A stretch of DNA of 62,125 bases, counting the filler, from Sphacelaria rigidula (taxonomy: Eukaryota): NCBI GenBank assembly GCA_964200075.2. It is 11 parts of 11 records of this genome, joined end to end, with 100 filler letters (N's around TTAATTAATTAA, not from the genome) between each part and the next. Parts side by side here need not be neighbours in the genome. Positions count along the whole stretch, not along the records: positions 1 to 5,558 come from CAXNAA020026350.1; positions 5,659 to 11,215 come from CAXNAA020026351.1; positions 11,316 to 16,872 come from CAXNAA020026352.1; 8 more parts are not named here. One strand, given 5' to 3'. The notes below the pieces were generated by a model. It searched no databases. It worked only from the letters and a program-made list of their open reading frames with translations, and had not been told where the DNA came from. This document shows positions 1 through 12,867 of the stretch, in pieces (the stretch's first letter is position 1; every line of letters begins with the position of its first letter). A program made the position numbers and the translations under genes.

Positions 1-842
1 CAATCAAAAGCACCATCCTCAACATAGATGATCGGCTGTTTACAGCCGAGCATTTCCGGCAACCTACACGCATCCGTGTTCGAGTCACCTCGAGACGTTA
101 TCGGTTTCTGTGTCTCTTGATCATCAAGGTGAAGCATCGGTGTCCGAAGGCACGTCTCGAGTTCAACTATCCATCCAACGAACGACATCACCCTGGCGGA
201 TCAAGGAGGGATGATGCCTTGTATCTCCTACAGCATTGGGGCTAACGTGCAGGTGTTTAGAAATTGGCACTTGGTCTAATGAACATCTGCATTCATTACA
301 CATGGGGGGCGCCGCCCGCAGCGGAGTCACAGTCATCATAAGTCACAGTGTCGGAGCTTTTGCGGCTGCCCCTCGTGGAGGACACCATAGTGATGCAGTA
401 GTTCTATTTCACCTTTGCGACAGATGGATGCAAATACGACGAATCAGAGAAGGATGTTACTGGTTCTCGAATAGGTGCTGCTGCTGCGATTCAGACACGA
501 TAGACACCAATGCCTATCAGGACATGGTGGGTCGTTACGAAGCCCGCCACGTCAGAACAAGTACAAAAATGGAGCAAGACTGCGGCGCGGAAGATTATTT
601 TGCACGCCAGCTAGCTAGGCAAGATGGAGTGAAATGCATGGAGCGGGTGGAGGCGGGTACGCAGCAGCTTATGCAAAAACGTTCCATGTGCGTTCCGTAA
701 TTTGAGAGTAGTACCAAAAACAAATGGTTCAAGTCTTTCCGCCTCGCTCCCCTACCTCACGCATCCCAAGTTACTTCCGGAATTTTTCTTCTGAAATGGT
801 CGGGTCCGCTCAACGTGCTCATTCTTCCATGTCAGGGCTTAA

Positions 843-940
843 CCCTTAGACCGCGAGGTTAGTCCTATGTTGAATCGGCATCAATTTCAAGTGAAACAAA
901 GTATGCATGATCCAGCAAGACTAACCTCGCGGTCCAACGG
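843..940. mobile_element. piggyBac-type MITE (~100 bp), copy 1
   Basis: TTAA at 839-842 and 941-944; TIRs CCCTTAGACCGCGAGGTTAGTC ... GACTAACCTCGCGGTCCAACGG; homologous copy at 26824-26923. Confidence 0.85.
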
Positions 941-1470
941 TTAAAAACGGACACAATAAAAGTCGTGTCTGGAAACCCTGGACGCGCTGAACAAAAGCCG
1001 TTCGCCCGCATGTCGGTGAAATAACAGTCACCAGGTATATACCGTATTTCACAACTTCAACTTTTCATATTATACCGTCGAGATTCCAATCGCTGACATT
1101 GTCCAAGCTACCGCGCTTCACTCGTTTCTCCTTTCTGAGACACCTATCGTACCACTTGCCACGAACTATCAATGGCACCGTTTTCACACAAAACAACGGA
1201 AACGTTTCTTGCGCTGTAATTTGACCGGTTTCAATGGTATTCGCAAACCTGGCAGTGTGGTATTTCTCCCCACGGCGGTGGCTGCACCTGCTGCACTGGC
1301 GGGTAGCCTCAGGGACGTCGACTACTTCGAAAAATCGGCTGCGACCTGCGAGAGGGGTCGACCTCTGTTCGGTATATTTGCCCCTTTTTTGTGTAAACAA
1401 CCTTGGATATGGTACGAGCGCCGCAGCAATGCTTTAATGTCGAGTAAGTATGCATTCTTCTTACCGTGCC

Positions 1471-1687
1471 TGTAATGCGTGAGAGGACCGCGTGCTTAGA
1501 GGACCGCGCCGTAGTTCAAAACACCTCAGGATCGACGTTTTTCAAAACCAATCGGGTCAGTCCCTGGAGGTACCACGCCCCTGACCTCAACCCCAACACT
1601 GACCCTAACCCTAACCCTAACCCTAATCATAGGAATGTTCAAATTGCGATGCGGTCCTCTAAGCACGCGATCCTCTCACGCATTACA
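1471..1687. mobile_element. MITE with ~37-bp TIRs, 5-bp TSD and internal (CCCTAA)4
   Basis: TGTAATGCGTGAGAGGACCGCGTGCTTAGAGGACCGC ... GCGGTCCTCTAAGCACGCGATCCTCTCACGCATTACA; GTGCC on both flanks; (CCCTAA)4 at 1603-1626. Confidence 0.9.
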
Positions 1688-2792
1688 GTGCCCACGATCT
1701 TCGTTGTATGCTTGGTCCTCCATACGACACAAAACATATCCTTAGGAATCGTACGAGCTGGGGGCTAGCCGAGAAGCGGACTGAGGCTGTCACAGCAACA
1801 TCTCATCACCGGAAACGAATTAAATCAAGCCGTGATCCGCATATCAAATGAATCGTCTGATCAAGGAGCAGATGCCCATGTGCTCTACTGCTTACGCCCA
1901 TGCCTTCTTTCCGATCCCCACAATCCTACGCTAGAGTTGAGTGGCTTGCGAGTTGCGTTCAAGAAAAAAAAACGAATCTGAAACCGTCGGATGTAGCACT
2001 GTGCGAACAAAAATGCGGTGGAATCAGAAATTTGAGGAACAAGTGGCCACAGCTGCCGCACAAGCTGGTACTACGCAACGATGGACGTGAACAACGAAAA
2101 CACGCCGCCCAACTCTTCCTTTGGCGGACAACTATGGTCGAAGACTAGTGCACACACTGCTCATGTAGAGAAAAATCCTAGAAGGTATCGTCTCTCGCTC
2201 AGGTTCACACCAGCAAAGGGCGAGAGGCTAGAGCGGAAAAAATCTCCGCGTTTCGAAATACGGCAGCAGGCGGAAGCAGCTACCGAGGAGGGGGCGTACT
2301 CATTTGTTGCTTATTGCCTCAGTCATGAGACCACTGACCACGCATCACTTTCGAGACGAAGCAACTGCCGAGGGGTGAAGCTGGAGCTGGGAGGAAGTAA
2401 GGAAGGGTCGGCCTACTTATGAAAACTTGCCAGAAAGAACCACGAGCTCAGCTCATAAGCAACCACTCGTTCCCTTGGGTTAGTCGTTGGAGGCCGTATG
2501 TTGCTACTACTGCTGTTGTTGCTGCTACATTCTGTGCTAAGCATATGACGTTAGAAACCACCCTCTCTGTGGCAACAGTCGCAGTCGGATCACATCTTAT
2601 CGCCTCAGATGATACTCTACGGGAAATGTAGATCGTCATTAGCGAAATGTTGATTGCTTGACATGCAATGCGCAACGACTGCCACTTCACTGCCGTTCTA
2701 ACTTATGTTTGAAATGGTGTCCGTCAGCAAGTGCCGAACAGATATTTGCACAACGAAGGTGTTGTTGCCTCTACGGTAGTTTCGGGTCGTGT

Positions 2793-2983
2793 TGTAATGC
2801 GTGAGAGGACCTGCTGCAGGTTACGGGCAACGCCCGGTTAAGGGCAACTTTTTGCTTAAGGGCAAGCGGTCCGGGTTAAGGGCAAGCGCCCCTGACTATG
2901 GGGAAGCGCCCCTGGTTAGGGGGGAACGGTCCGGATTAGGGGCAAGCGCCCCTGACTATGGGGCCTTCCTCTCACGCATTACA
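2793..2983. mobile_element. MITE sharing TGTAATGCGTGAGAGGA termini with 1471-1687
   Basis: Same 17-bp termini; flanks CGTGT / CGAGT (4/5 TSD); internal repeats GGGCAAGCGCCCCTGACTATGGGG and GGTTA(A/G)GGG motifs. Confidence 0.85.
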
Positions 2984-5558
2984 CGAGTACAAAGTTTCGA
3001 AAGCAATCTCAAAGACGACTTTATTGTGTGTGAAATGCGTTTAGATACGACGTAGCAACAACACGAAGAGATGGTGCATGTTAGGCGCGTCCAGGAGCAC
3101 CGTAGGGAGGGGGCAAATACAAACACCGCAGTACAGTCGGTGGTGCAGCGAGTGTACGTCGGTGAGCAAGTACACTATAGACTGTACTGTACCCGTACCG
3201 TACCTGTACAATACCCGTACTGCCCAGTACTTCCTGTACAGGACAATAAAACAGCGCGTCCATTGAACGTGAGCAGGAATGCTGGAGATAACTAGCGTTA
3301 TAGCTCGCGGAGAGACGGGAATAATAGTGCTTTACACGGTCCAGTACAATACACTAGACTACACTGCGCTACACTACACTACACTACAGTCGGTCCTGCG
3401 ATTCAAATCCTAACCGTATCGTCCATTCCAACCATGTGCCCAGTAGTAGCAACGCTTCAGAGCAAAGAGAGGCATGCACCTTGCAGAGGTCGCGATACAG
3501 CACCGTCGACAGTACCATCGCAGCTTAAATAGCACGTTGGTCAGCTGCGCAACACGTTGTACAGGCCAGCGCAGTGGTGTACAGTAGTGCCGCCCGACAC
3601 CACGGTCACCACCGAGTGGCTTGGACGCCATTTGGCCAGAGTGAAAACAAGACGTCGTTCAGATTGGCTGCCGTTGGCGCCAAATGTACACACCACGCAT
3701 AATCACTGCTGTACAATATGGACAATGGATACTACAGCCCACCATCAGACGGCAACCAGAGACCGGCCGACGCTGCCCCTGAAACGCTCCTTTCTTCGAG
3801 ACCAAACTCCTAGCTAGTGTATCGTGTTGTACATCAACGTTGTTTCCTCGAGGCTCAAGACAGGCATGAGAAAAAAACCACTGTGTGTATAGATTGTTGA
3901 ACTGCGCAGAGTGGCTGACGAGATCGGAACACGTGCATGACAGACTATGTAACGCCACACTGGATCACTAACCTGAGGTAGCTGTCTGCCGATATCGTCA
4001 CTGCAGCAATGGCGAGTGACTTGTCATGTGCGGGCAGCACAACCACCGAACAAGAGGATCCAACGAAGCAACAGCACGAATACACGCGAAATAGCACCTC
4101 TCGCCCTCTCTCCCTATCTGCCTACATCCACTCCCGTACTACATTATATCGCCAAGTGTGCCGTCGTGATCTTACCGCATAGGCTTCCGGGCTGTTAGCG
4201 CTACTACTGCTGTCCTTGGCGGTCCTGCCCGGAACAGCGTAGATGCAGCACACCCGCAGCGCCAAAATGACGACGATACCCCATAATCTTGACAAACGCA
4301 TACTCGCGGCAGCTTGCTACCCTAGCACCCACAAGGGCTGGCTAGGCAGCAACTCACTGCGATCTGCGATCTGATCCGAAGTTGGTGCATCGATTTCTGT
4401 CGACGCCCGTAACATGAAAGCCTCGCGACTGCAAATAAAAATAAAATAAAAACTGCTGGCAATCAGCCAGATCTATTTCACTCAGTTATTGTATAGTATC
4501 ACCCATCGTACCGTGTGTTTGGATCCTCATCCGCACGGGTCGTAGAATGTACAGCCGCTCCTTTTCAGCCATTTTCCACCGATGTGTGTTGTATAACACC
4601 CCTACGTCGATAAGTTCTGCTATCTTCAAAGTCTCAAGTCCCGCAGTAGATGCGTCCCAAACGTTGAATCAATATATCGGGTGAAGAAATTTTGTCACAG
4701 GTCTAGCGTCTTCCGTTTCAGCGTCTCGGGTTCTCCTCGATAGAACCAATGACGGACTACCCCGCGACGCGGGGGTGTTACGCTTGACGACAACGAACGC
4801 AGCCTTTAAAATTATCCCTCGATCATGTGGGTTTATCGGTTAGACGAGCCCTCAACGGTTCAGCATTCCCGTTCATGTCTCTGCAATGTTTCAATCGTGT
4901 TTCACTTGGAATCGGTGCCTTGTGGGGCGTATTACGAAGCCTTTCACTGAGCGCCGATACGTGTTTGTCTTGATCTTGGAAGCGGAAACGACCCAGAAAA
5001 CAACTGTTCCGATTTATCATGCGGCGGTTGTGATAACACTTACAATAGTACGAATGACATGAGTTCGAGTTTCAAGCACGAACCCCTGAACATGTTTCTT
5101 CGCATCGATTTGCTACGGGCTGGGGCAGCCTCAGAGCGTATCTGTGAGTTGCACGCGCATTCTCACCTCAATCTTGAGATATCTACGTGAAAATTTGGTA
5201 TGGAGAATTGCTTGGGCATGAAAAAAGTGAAATTTTGGTGCCGTGAGATGTTTCATATTCGTTTTTCTCGTGGTGTCAGGCGTGCTGTAGTAGCGTAATG
5301 AGGATCATTCTCTCACGAGAACGTCCCTAACTCAGAAAAAAGAACACAATGTCCCGGCAATTTCGTGTTCATCATTAGACGCCCTTCAGATTTTCCGCAC
5401 TGAATGTCAAAGTACGAAAAAACCTGAACTGAGAAAAACTGAGTTGACGGAGAAAAACAATATCCAACAACCGATTCTCAAAAAAACAGCCAATCATCTA
5501 TATTGAGGATGGTGCTATTGATTGAGGATGAGAACCCGGAGGATTAAAATCTTCGTAT

Positions 5559-5658
5559 NNNNNNNNNNNNNNNNNNNNNNNNNNNNNNNNNNNNNNNNNN
5601 NNTTAATTAATTAANNNNNNNNNNNNNNNNNNNNNNNNNNNNNNNNNNNNNNNNNNNN
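5559..5658. other. Artificial contig-joining spacer (N44-TTAATTAATTAA-N44)
   Basis: Identical 100-bp spacer recurring every ~5,657 bp. Confidence 0.98.
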
Positions 5659-6099
5659 GTATCGCCACTTCCGGAGACAGCCACAGCATTTACACTGCCT
5701 CATGGGTGTCTAACCAGCGTTCCTACTGTGGGGGACGTGAAAACATGGAGGCGATTTACAGCTTACCTGTGCCTGACGAAGTTCTCCCTTCAACGTACTG
5801 CTTTCCTCTGCAGATGTTGTTAAACTCCTTGACAGTTTTTGAATCTCCTCCTGTGTCGCGGGAGGGGAGCACAAAAGCGGCAGTGATACATGGTATCTGC
5901 TGTGTCAATCGTTGCTTCGAGCTAGACGCAGCGTCCACTAGCTATTGCTTGTGAGGGGACATGCCCTATCGCTGTCACCGTAGTGGTCAACCTTTTCGAG
6001 GACCATGCAAACGTTGGAATGTGCGAACAACTGCGGTTATCCGACTGTTGATATCTCTTGAGCACCTGCTTTGTACGTGTTCCGTATTTACGCTTACCC

Positions 6100-8750
6100 T
6101 AACCAATACTAACCAATACCCCGACGATACTATTCTCGGGAATGCTGCATGGCCGACTCATGAGTTTATACCATGAGGCACACATCAAAGGACATGCGAG
6201 AACGTGCCAGTTCTCACAGTTCAAGAGAAGAGTGCCACTGCTGCGACAATTACCCCAGTTGCGATCGCTTGGTATCCTATGATATCGGCTGAGCTCTTGT
6301 CCGGAAATGACACATGAAACGGAGGAACAAAAACGGCGTTTACTCGTCACACCCGTTACACCCACACGAAAAAGTAACTCGAAAGATATCCTGAATTTTG
6401 ATCAGGAAAAATACTTGCCTGTGCCTCCAGAACTTTGAACTTGAGTCCCGTGACCTTGTCGTTGTAGGTTGAGTCCAGATTATCACTCTCTCTTGGATGT
6501 TCACCGATGTTGCCCTCCGTGAGCTGCATGCATGTGAAGGCATATGCACAAAGTCATGTACACGAAAGCGTGTAGGTAAAAGTGCACGCAAGGGGCAGCA
6601 CGATTAGAGGTGTGATTTTACTGTAGAGGTGTAGTAGGTGCAGGAAAGGTCTCAAACCAGCCAATTAATGCCCTCCTGTTAAACTTGAAGACGAACGCGT
6701 TGAAATACGGCCTTTGCTCGTCTCAGCAGATAGGCTCGGCAGAGTGTGACAGTTTGGCGTGCTCCCCACTTCGAATTCGGTCACAATGAAGCTGGGAGAC
6801 TTCAAAATACTCTTCGAACACATTCTAAGCACGTCGAAGCGTTGTGTGATTCGGTGTCTTATCATGTGGGATGCTGTCCCGATGTGTTGCTTTTGGGGCA
6901 CCATCATGAGCAAGTGGGTATCGTTCCGGGTTTTTCATAAATACTACCTTCGGTTTTAAAATATTGTCCGTACTATACAGTAATTTGACGTGCGGTTCGG
7001 TGACGTTGACAGCAACCTGTGCTTTACCACTGGCGCTGTAACCCGCCACGAAGGTTTTTCGGGCACAGCTCATAGTTGACAACATGCCTGGTTCTACTGT
7101 ATTCACCCCAACAAACGCTACACAACACATAGGAATGGAACGCAGGTTCGGCGGCCATGGAAGTCGGCTGCCATGGACATCAAGTGCTAACCTGCGCAGT
7201 CAATGTTGCGAGGTCGTCCTCCAGTCGGTCGATAGTGTCGCGAAGCACTTTACACCTTGCCTCAGCCTCATTCTTGCTCCCTTCAGCAGCTCGCAGGTCA
7301 GTATCATGCTGATTATTCGCGACCGTCGAGTGCAAGAAAAGAGGGCAGGGGCGCCAGGTAACACCTTGACTTCACAGCGGAGGCAGAGTAACATGTGCAA
7401 GGATGCTTCGCCCGTGGTAGATTTATCAGTGTATACGAGTTCACACTTATACGGGAGTCGTGAAGTGATGCATTCGCGACCGCTACGTCGGTTCTGACTC
7501 GGAAAGTTGCGAAGGCTGATACTACGAGCGTGAACTGCGCTAAACACAAATGTATCGGATGAAAAAACGGTTTTTCATAACGTTTTTTGCCGCCGTTGTA
7601 TGCACTAACGTATGCGACTTCGGCAAGTGGCCATGTTGACCGGCCGTGGGTTGTTGGTTGCCAGTGTCGCCCCATAAACACGACTGTCCTCACAGCATAC
7701 GTGTGACGGGCAACACAAGAGCATGGAACTACCGCAAAGTATACCTCCATGAGTAATCTCACACTTACCTTCACCATGGCAGCTTCCATCCTCAGTTGCA
7801 GTGAATCAGACTCGGCTCTGAGCCTCTCTGCTTCCGCCTTGTGGGTGCAGTTGACATGTTCTAGATGGCTTTTAAGTCCAGTCGCCTCTGCGCATGCGCG
7901 TGCAACCTGTACAGGATGATTAGGGCAGCCGTGTACGTTCGCCAATCGTTTTGGATAGTCGAGTGGCAATTGACGCTATGATTGGGGGAGGGGGATTCAA
8001 GTGTGATCATTACGTTGGAATCACCTCTTGATCTGCGGCAGCCTTCGCTTCTTGCAGTCTGGAGAGATGGCCCTGGCAGTCTTCTTCCCTTGCCACTACC
8101 TCTGCACAACGAGCCCTGGGTGTCTCGTGACGATCGGACGACAGTTTCGACGTGACCGCGTGTTCTTCGAAGACAAGCACGATTCGGCTCAAGCGCACCT
8201 AGATCTACGAATTGTATGTACGAGCCCTGAAGGCGAGAGTGGATCTGGGTCAGGTGGCCATCGGAATATAGCCAGAACTTGACAAACATCGAACTGGAGA
8301 ACAAAGACTTATTTTCAAAGCGGCGATGAAAGTGACCAGCGTAAAGGAAAATCAGCGATCGAATATCTAGCCAGCAACACTGAGATGTTGCGAAGTCAAA
8401 GTGGCTACCTGACACCCTCCTCAACAGCCCTCGCTTCCGTCAGCTGCCTTTTTAATGTTTGGCACTCCTCCTCCAAGGCCGCTTTTATGGTTGAAAACTT
8501 GTCCTTTTTCCTGCACGCCGTCGTCCACGGTGGAAGAAAATGGGAGTGATTCTTAAGAATCTGTGCGCGAGAGGATACTTACAGCTCTCTTCGGCAATTC
8601 GTGCAACAATGCCTGGAAATGATGCAGCACTACACTCCCTTGGGCGAGCTCGAACCTCTAGTATGAAGAACACTGGCAAACAGACGAAGTCAGGATCTGC
8701 TTGCGTCAACCGCCGCGCCCCGGGTTACAAGGTTAACTATATTAGAAATA
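6100..8750 (-). pseudogene. Probable decayed KDZ (Kyakuja-Dileera-Zisupton)/CxC-associated transposase
   Basis: Colinear minus-strand ORF fragments with motifs in KDZ order: RRFENKSLFSSSMFVKF, PGMLSTMSCARKTFVAG, PKVVFMKNPERY (cf. P..iiYDNaC), FRVHDFVHMPSHAC (cf. f.VD.FH...H..C), ATSVNIQE (cf. NT..aEQ); many stops and frameshifts; recognised by eye only. Confidence 0.4.
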
Positions 8751-10290
8751 TCAACCAGCTGACATTACTACACAGAAACTTGGTCACCACGACTGCATTA
8801 TTTGCTCCGAGTTTCCACTCTCACACAGCAGAACAACGGCGCAAATTTCTTCGGTCAAAGGTACCGATTGACACAAGAGGAAGAGTACCAGAACCCGGTG
8901 GATTAATATCCATGTCTTCATTTTCACCATCGTGGCACGCCTCAACTTTTTTCAGATATATTTCTCAACATTTTAGCTTTTAAGGTGGTGGAAACGATGC
9001 TGTAGTTTAGCTGGGTTGAAGAGATTTCCGACAGTAGTGGAACCTATGGACCGCATGACCGAGGGTGTCATAGCTGTTCGAAAAAACGCACAGTGGTTGA
9101 TCTCGAGTTTGTCAGACTATATTGCACATCGGCACATAGCTGCGGCGGGAAAAGCTCCTCGTTTCCGGAAGTTCAAGCGCTGATGTACCGCAAAAGACAA
9201 CGACGAATTTCAGAACTGCTTCATTCACCATCTTCACGAGGTCTCGTTGGATCTGGTTGTAAAAATCTGGTTCTAAGAACGAGTCTAACACAAATTACAG
9301 GAAATATGATGCCTTGGGGTCCTCGTTTTGATCAAGTCGCCGTAACCGCACGATTACTTGACCAAGGCGACCGAAACCCCGGCATTGTCACAGAGCTTAC
9401 CTTTGCATACGCGGGTATTTCACAACGATTACGACTACCCCCATGTGTGGAGTACTGACAGAACAAAAAAAACAGAAGTTTCAAAAAACATATTCAACCA
9501 TAAACATTAATTAATGTGTGTTCCTCAGTAGAAGCGTTGAGTGTGCTACTTCACGGTTCAGGCGCCGTGCGAGATAATGTTTTCATGATCGCAAACTACA
9601 TCCGACCATGATGCCGTCATCGTTCACTCCCACGACCAAGAGCATTGGGCTCATAAATAGGCAGCCCAGGCAGCAGCACTACACCTGGAAATCCTTTCCC
9701 TCAGTGCCTTCAGCTCCACTTCCTTAGCCGTGGACTCCCGCTGAGCATCCTCCTTCACGCGCTCGCATTCTAGCTAAAGAAGATGGTAGTGTTGTCACGA
9801 CAGAAAGACGCATTTTGTTGCATAGAATGTTCAACGTGATAAAGATATTCTTCCAATCCCATAGGTTCTGCATTTCACCGCCTGCCGTCTGCTTCGAGGG
9901 TGTGTGTCGGGGCGAATTTGTGAGTGCGGGTTGTTGCGCTCCCAGGCTCCGGAGCACTACAGAAGTAAAACAAACTGGAATAACCCGTGCGTTTCATACA
10001 CACATACACCACGATCGCTCATGACAAGTCCTCCTCGATCTTTTACTTTCTCGTGCGCCTCGACGTGCGCTGTTTCGCCTGTGTTGTCTTGTCTTGTGCA
10101 GATATCGTTTCTACACGACGTCGCCAAGAACCTCCTGGATTGTTTCTTGAAGACTTTGTCCGTACCTTCGTGTCTGAGATTGGAGCAACAGGAACACAAT
10201 TGTGCATCCACAACTGTTTCTGCGCGGTACTTTCAATCCAAGTCAGGGCTGCCCCAGAGTCATGTTGATCCGTAGTACAATGCGTGTTGC

Positions 10291-10560
10291 TTGATTGATT
10301 GATTGATTGATTATCTCACATTAGCTAATTGCAACAATCCAGCCCGTGGTCAGGAGCAGCAAAAATAGAACAGAATAATAAAAAGAAAAGAGAAAGAAAG
10401 GACAGAAAAAGACAGAAGCAACGACCTCAGAGAAGAAAAAAGAAAGAAAGCAGCGATAATTACAAAACAACAACAGCGATAACAACAAAATAACGACAGA
10501 CAAACACATACATGCACAAACACAAACACAAACACATTGCTTGCACACACACATATCTAT
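10291..10560 (-). repeat. 3' end of a LINE/SINE-like retroelement with (ATCA)n tail
   Basis: Minus strand reads ...CTGCTCCTGACCACGGGCTGGATTGTTGCAAT...ATCAATCAATCAATCAATCAA; homologous block at ~40030-40280 in another contig. Confidence 0.7.
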
Positions 10561-11215
10561 ATCTATCTATATCTATATCTATATATATCCCCGAAACAAA
10601 TTCGGGATAGGTTCGTCAACCTCCCTCCTAGTGACGGAACCCATGTTTACACAGTGCGCCTATCCCTTCACCTGCGACGCTTGCGCCTGTTTTCGAGCAT
10701 CCATCAAACGCTGCTCTAGGCAGCCAAGTTTGGCGTCCAAGATACTCTCACCCTCCTTGTTACTGCTAGCCACGGCGGCAAAGCTACTCGACACCTGAGA
10801 ATGCAACGTCACGATATGCACGTAGTTTATTACGGTCAAAAGGGGAGCTGTACCGTACATAATGCATGGTGCCTTCGACGCTCATCAGCACGCCTGAGCT
10901 CGGGGGTGACAAGCGCTGCGGTGGAATGACATTTTTATTTCGTCACCCTCTTAACCGCCATCACCGCCACTACCCTCCTCTTCCTCGAGACAGTCCGAAG
11001 TGCCAAGGGATCAATTCATCCCTCCCCCTGTACGTACCGGTTAGACACCCACGAGGCAGTGTGAAAGCTGTGGCTGTCTCTGGAAGTGGCAATACCACAA
11101 AATAAAGCAACTCATTGTTGACTATCATCCGAATGCAAGAAAATCAGTAGGCTTCGGACCGAACAATCTCAGCAGGATGCAGCTCATCCTTCATGCGACT
11201 CGCCGAAAACACCAC

Positions 11216-11315
11216 NNNNNNNNNNNNNNNNNNNNNNNNNNNNNNNNNNNNNNNNNNNNTTAATTAATTAANNNNNNNNNNNNNNNNNNNNNNNNNNNNN
11301 NNNNNNNNNNNNNNN
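11216..11315. other. Artificial contig-joining spacer
   Basis: N44-TTAATTAATTAA-N44. Confidence 0.98.
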
Positions 11316-11319
11316 TAAC

Positions 11320-11366
<47 letters not shown>

Positions 11367-11374
11367 TAATAATA
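11316..11374. repeat. (AAT)n microsatellite at contig start
   Basis: ~18 AAT/AAC units. Confidence 0.95.
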
Positions 11375-12867
11375 AGTGTGCTGGTCCCGATCATGAGCTA
11401 CAGAGTAGCTCATCTGACCCCCTTCCTCCATGTTCGTTACCTCCGGCGCTGGACGCCGAGCTCGCGGAGTAGCGCGAAGATATCGCTTTGACTCCTCCTC
11501 CGACCCCGCGGTCACTTATTTTGTGTTCTTGAATCAGGGACTGAGAGTTTTCCAATGGTTATCTAACATTGCTCGTGAGCTGTCCGGTGGGTGAAGATTT
11601 ATGTCCTGAATAGCGCCTGATAACCCCTCCCAAAAACACACTTCAATTGATTGTGACTGGAGGCAGGTGAAGAAATTGTGGCGGTGGAGACCTGTCGGAC
11701 TACACCTTGGCGAGGGACCCGAAGCTGGTCTCGCCGTGGAGGCGTTCATGAGAGGACTCAGCCAGCGACTTGGCCTGGGCGAAAATAACGCAGGCTTGAG
11801 GGTTAGGTATGGGTTTTTTATTGTCATCGTCATCTGCTCACTACAAAACGTACTGAAATTGCGATGTTTCAGGTCGCAGCTTGCTCATGGGCAAAGCAAA
11901 TTATATCGCGTTGCCGTATACGCAATCTGCGTACCAGTCGATGTGCTGCCTTTTTTTGTCAAAAGTGGTTCGTTGGTTGTAGGGTACTCCGGCGATACTT
12001 GTGCGATTACTTCAACCATTTCTTGTAGACATTATCTCGAACTCATCCGTCATTTACATATGTTGAATAGTGTGTCCAGCGCATCACAATGTAATCTGAA
12101 CATGATGTCAACATGTGAAAGCTGTTTTGGATCATGCCCATGTTTGGCGGTATACATCTACAGTTCCTTGCCCCCCGCCAATCCCCGCGCCATATTAGAC
12201 TGATGAAATCCAGCTCAAACTCACTTGATTTTTTTTTTTCCCTACGCACGTTCAACCCCTTCCCTTTCTCGGAACCAATCCGTGGTCTCGAGGGATCAAC
12301 CTGTCTCCCCCCGGTACGCGCCTTACAAATTGAAATCGCCGATGGGATCAGCACTCCCATCCGGCGCCGACTGCGGTCAAAATCCATCGTTGCCGCTGAC
12401 GTCCTCAAGGTTTCAACTACGGAAACCAGATCTTTCTCGGAAGAAAAATTGATTGCTTTTGCCGGAAATCAAAGACCTCCAAGAGCGTGTCGAGAAGGGT
12501 ATATACCCGATATTGTGGTGTTTTGAGAAGTGGGGATCCGACCCATGTCCGCAGCAGCAGCCAACGCAGTGCTGTCGCTCCCCTCTCTAAAACCCATACA
12601 AGCCATTGTGACTGTCTCAGGCAGGTGATGTGCGACTTTTCAAAATATAAGAAAATCGGGTATACCCTGCCCGATACGCCCTTGGAAACTTCGATCTTCC
12701 GCTCTAAAAGGTACCACTTGCACCACTTGCACCGCCACGGCGCGGCGGCACAAGAGATAATAATGTAGAGGTAGCAAGCTTCTCCTATGCACCCACCAAT
12801 CCCCCGCCCCCGCCCCTCCCCGCCGCGTGCCTCTGCCCGTTTGTGAAAATAAATCAGCTACCTAGAT

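Noticed and set aside
236..700. 154-aa ORF as a gene
   Set aside because: No recognisable motif, non-ATG start, no supporting exon chain.
1603..1626. True telomere
   Set aside because: Only four units, internal to a TIR/TSD-bounded element.
10321..10554. Hydrophobic/Cys-rich ORFs as membrane proteins (also 40047-40435)
   Set aside because: Translations of low-complexity retroelement 3' UTR sequence.
11376..11833. LINE 3' end with (TAT)n tail
   Set aside because: The tail is suggestive but no translated frame shows RT, RNase H or zinc-finger motifs.
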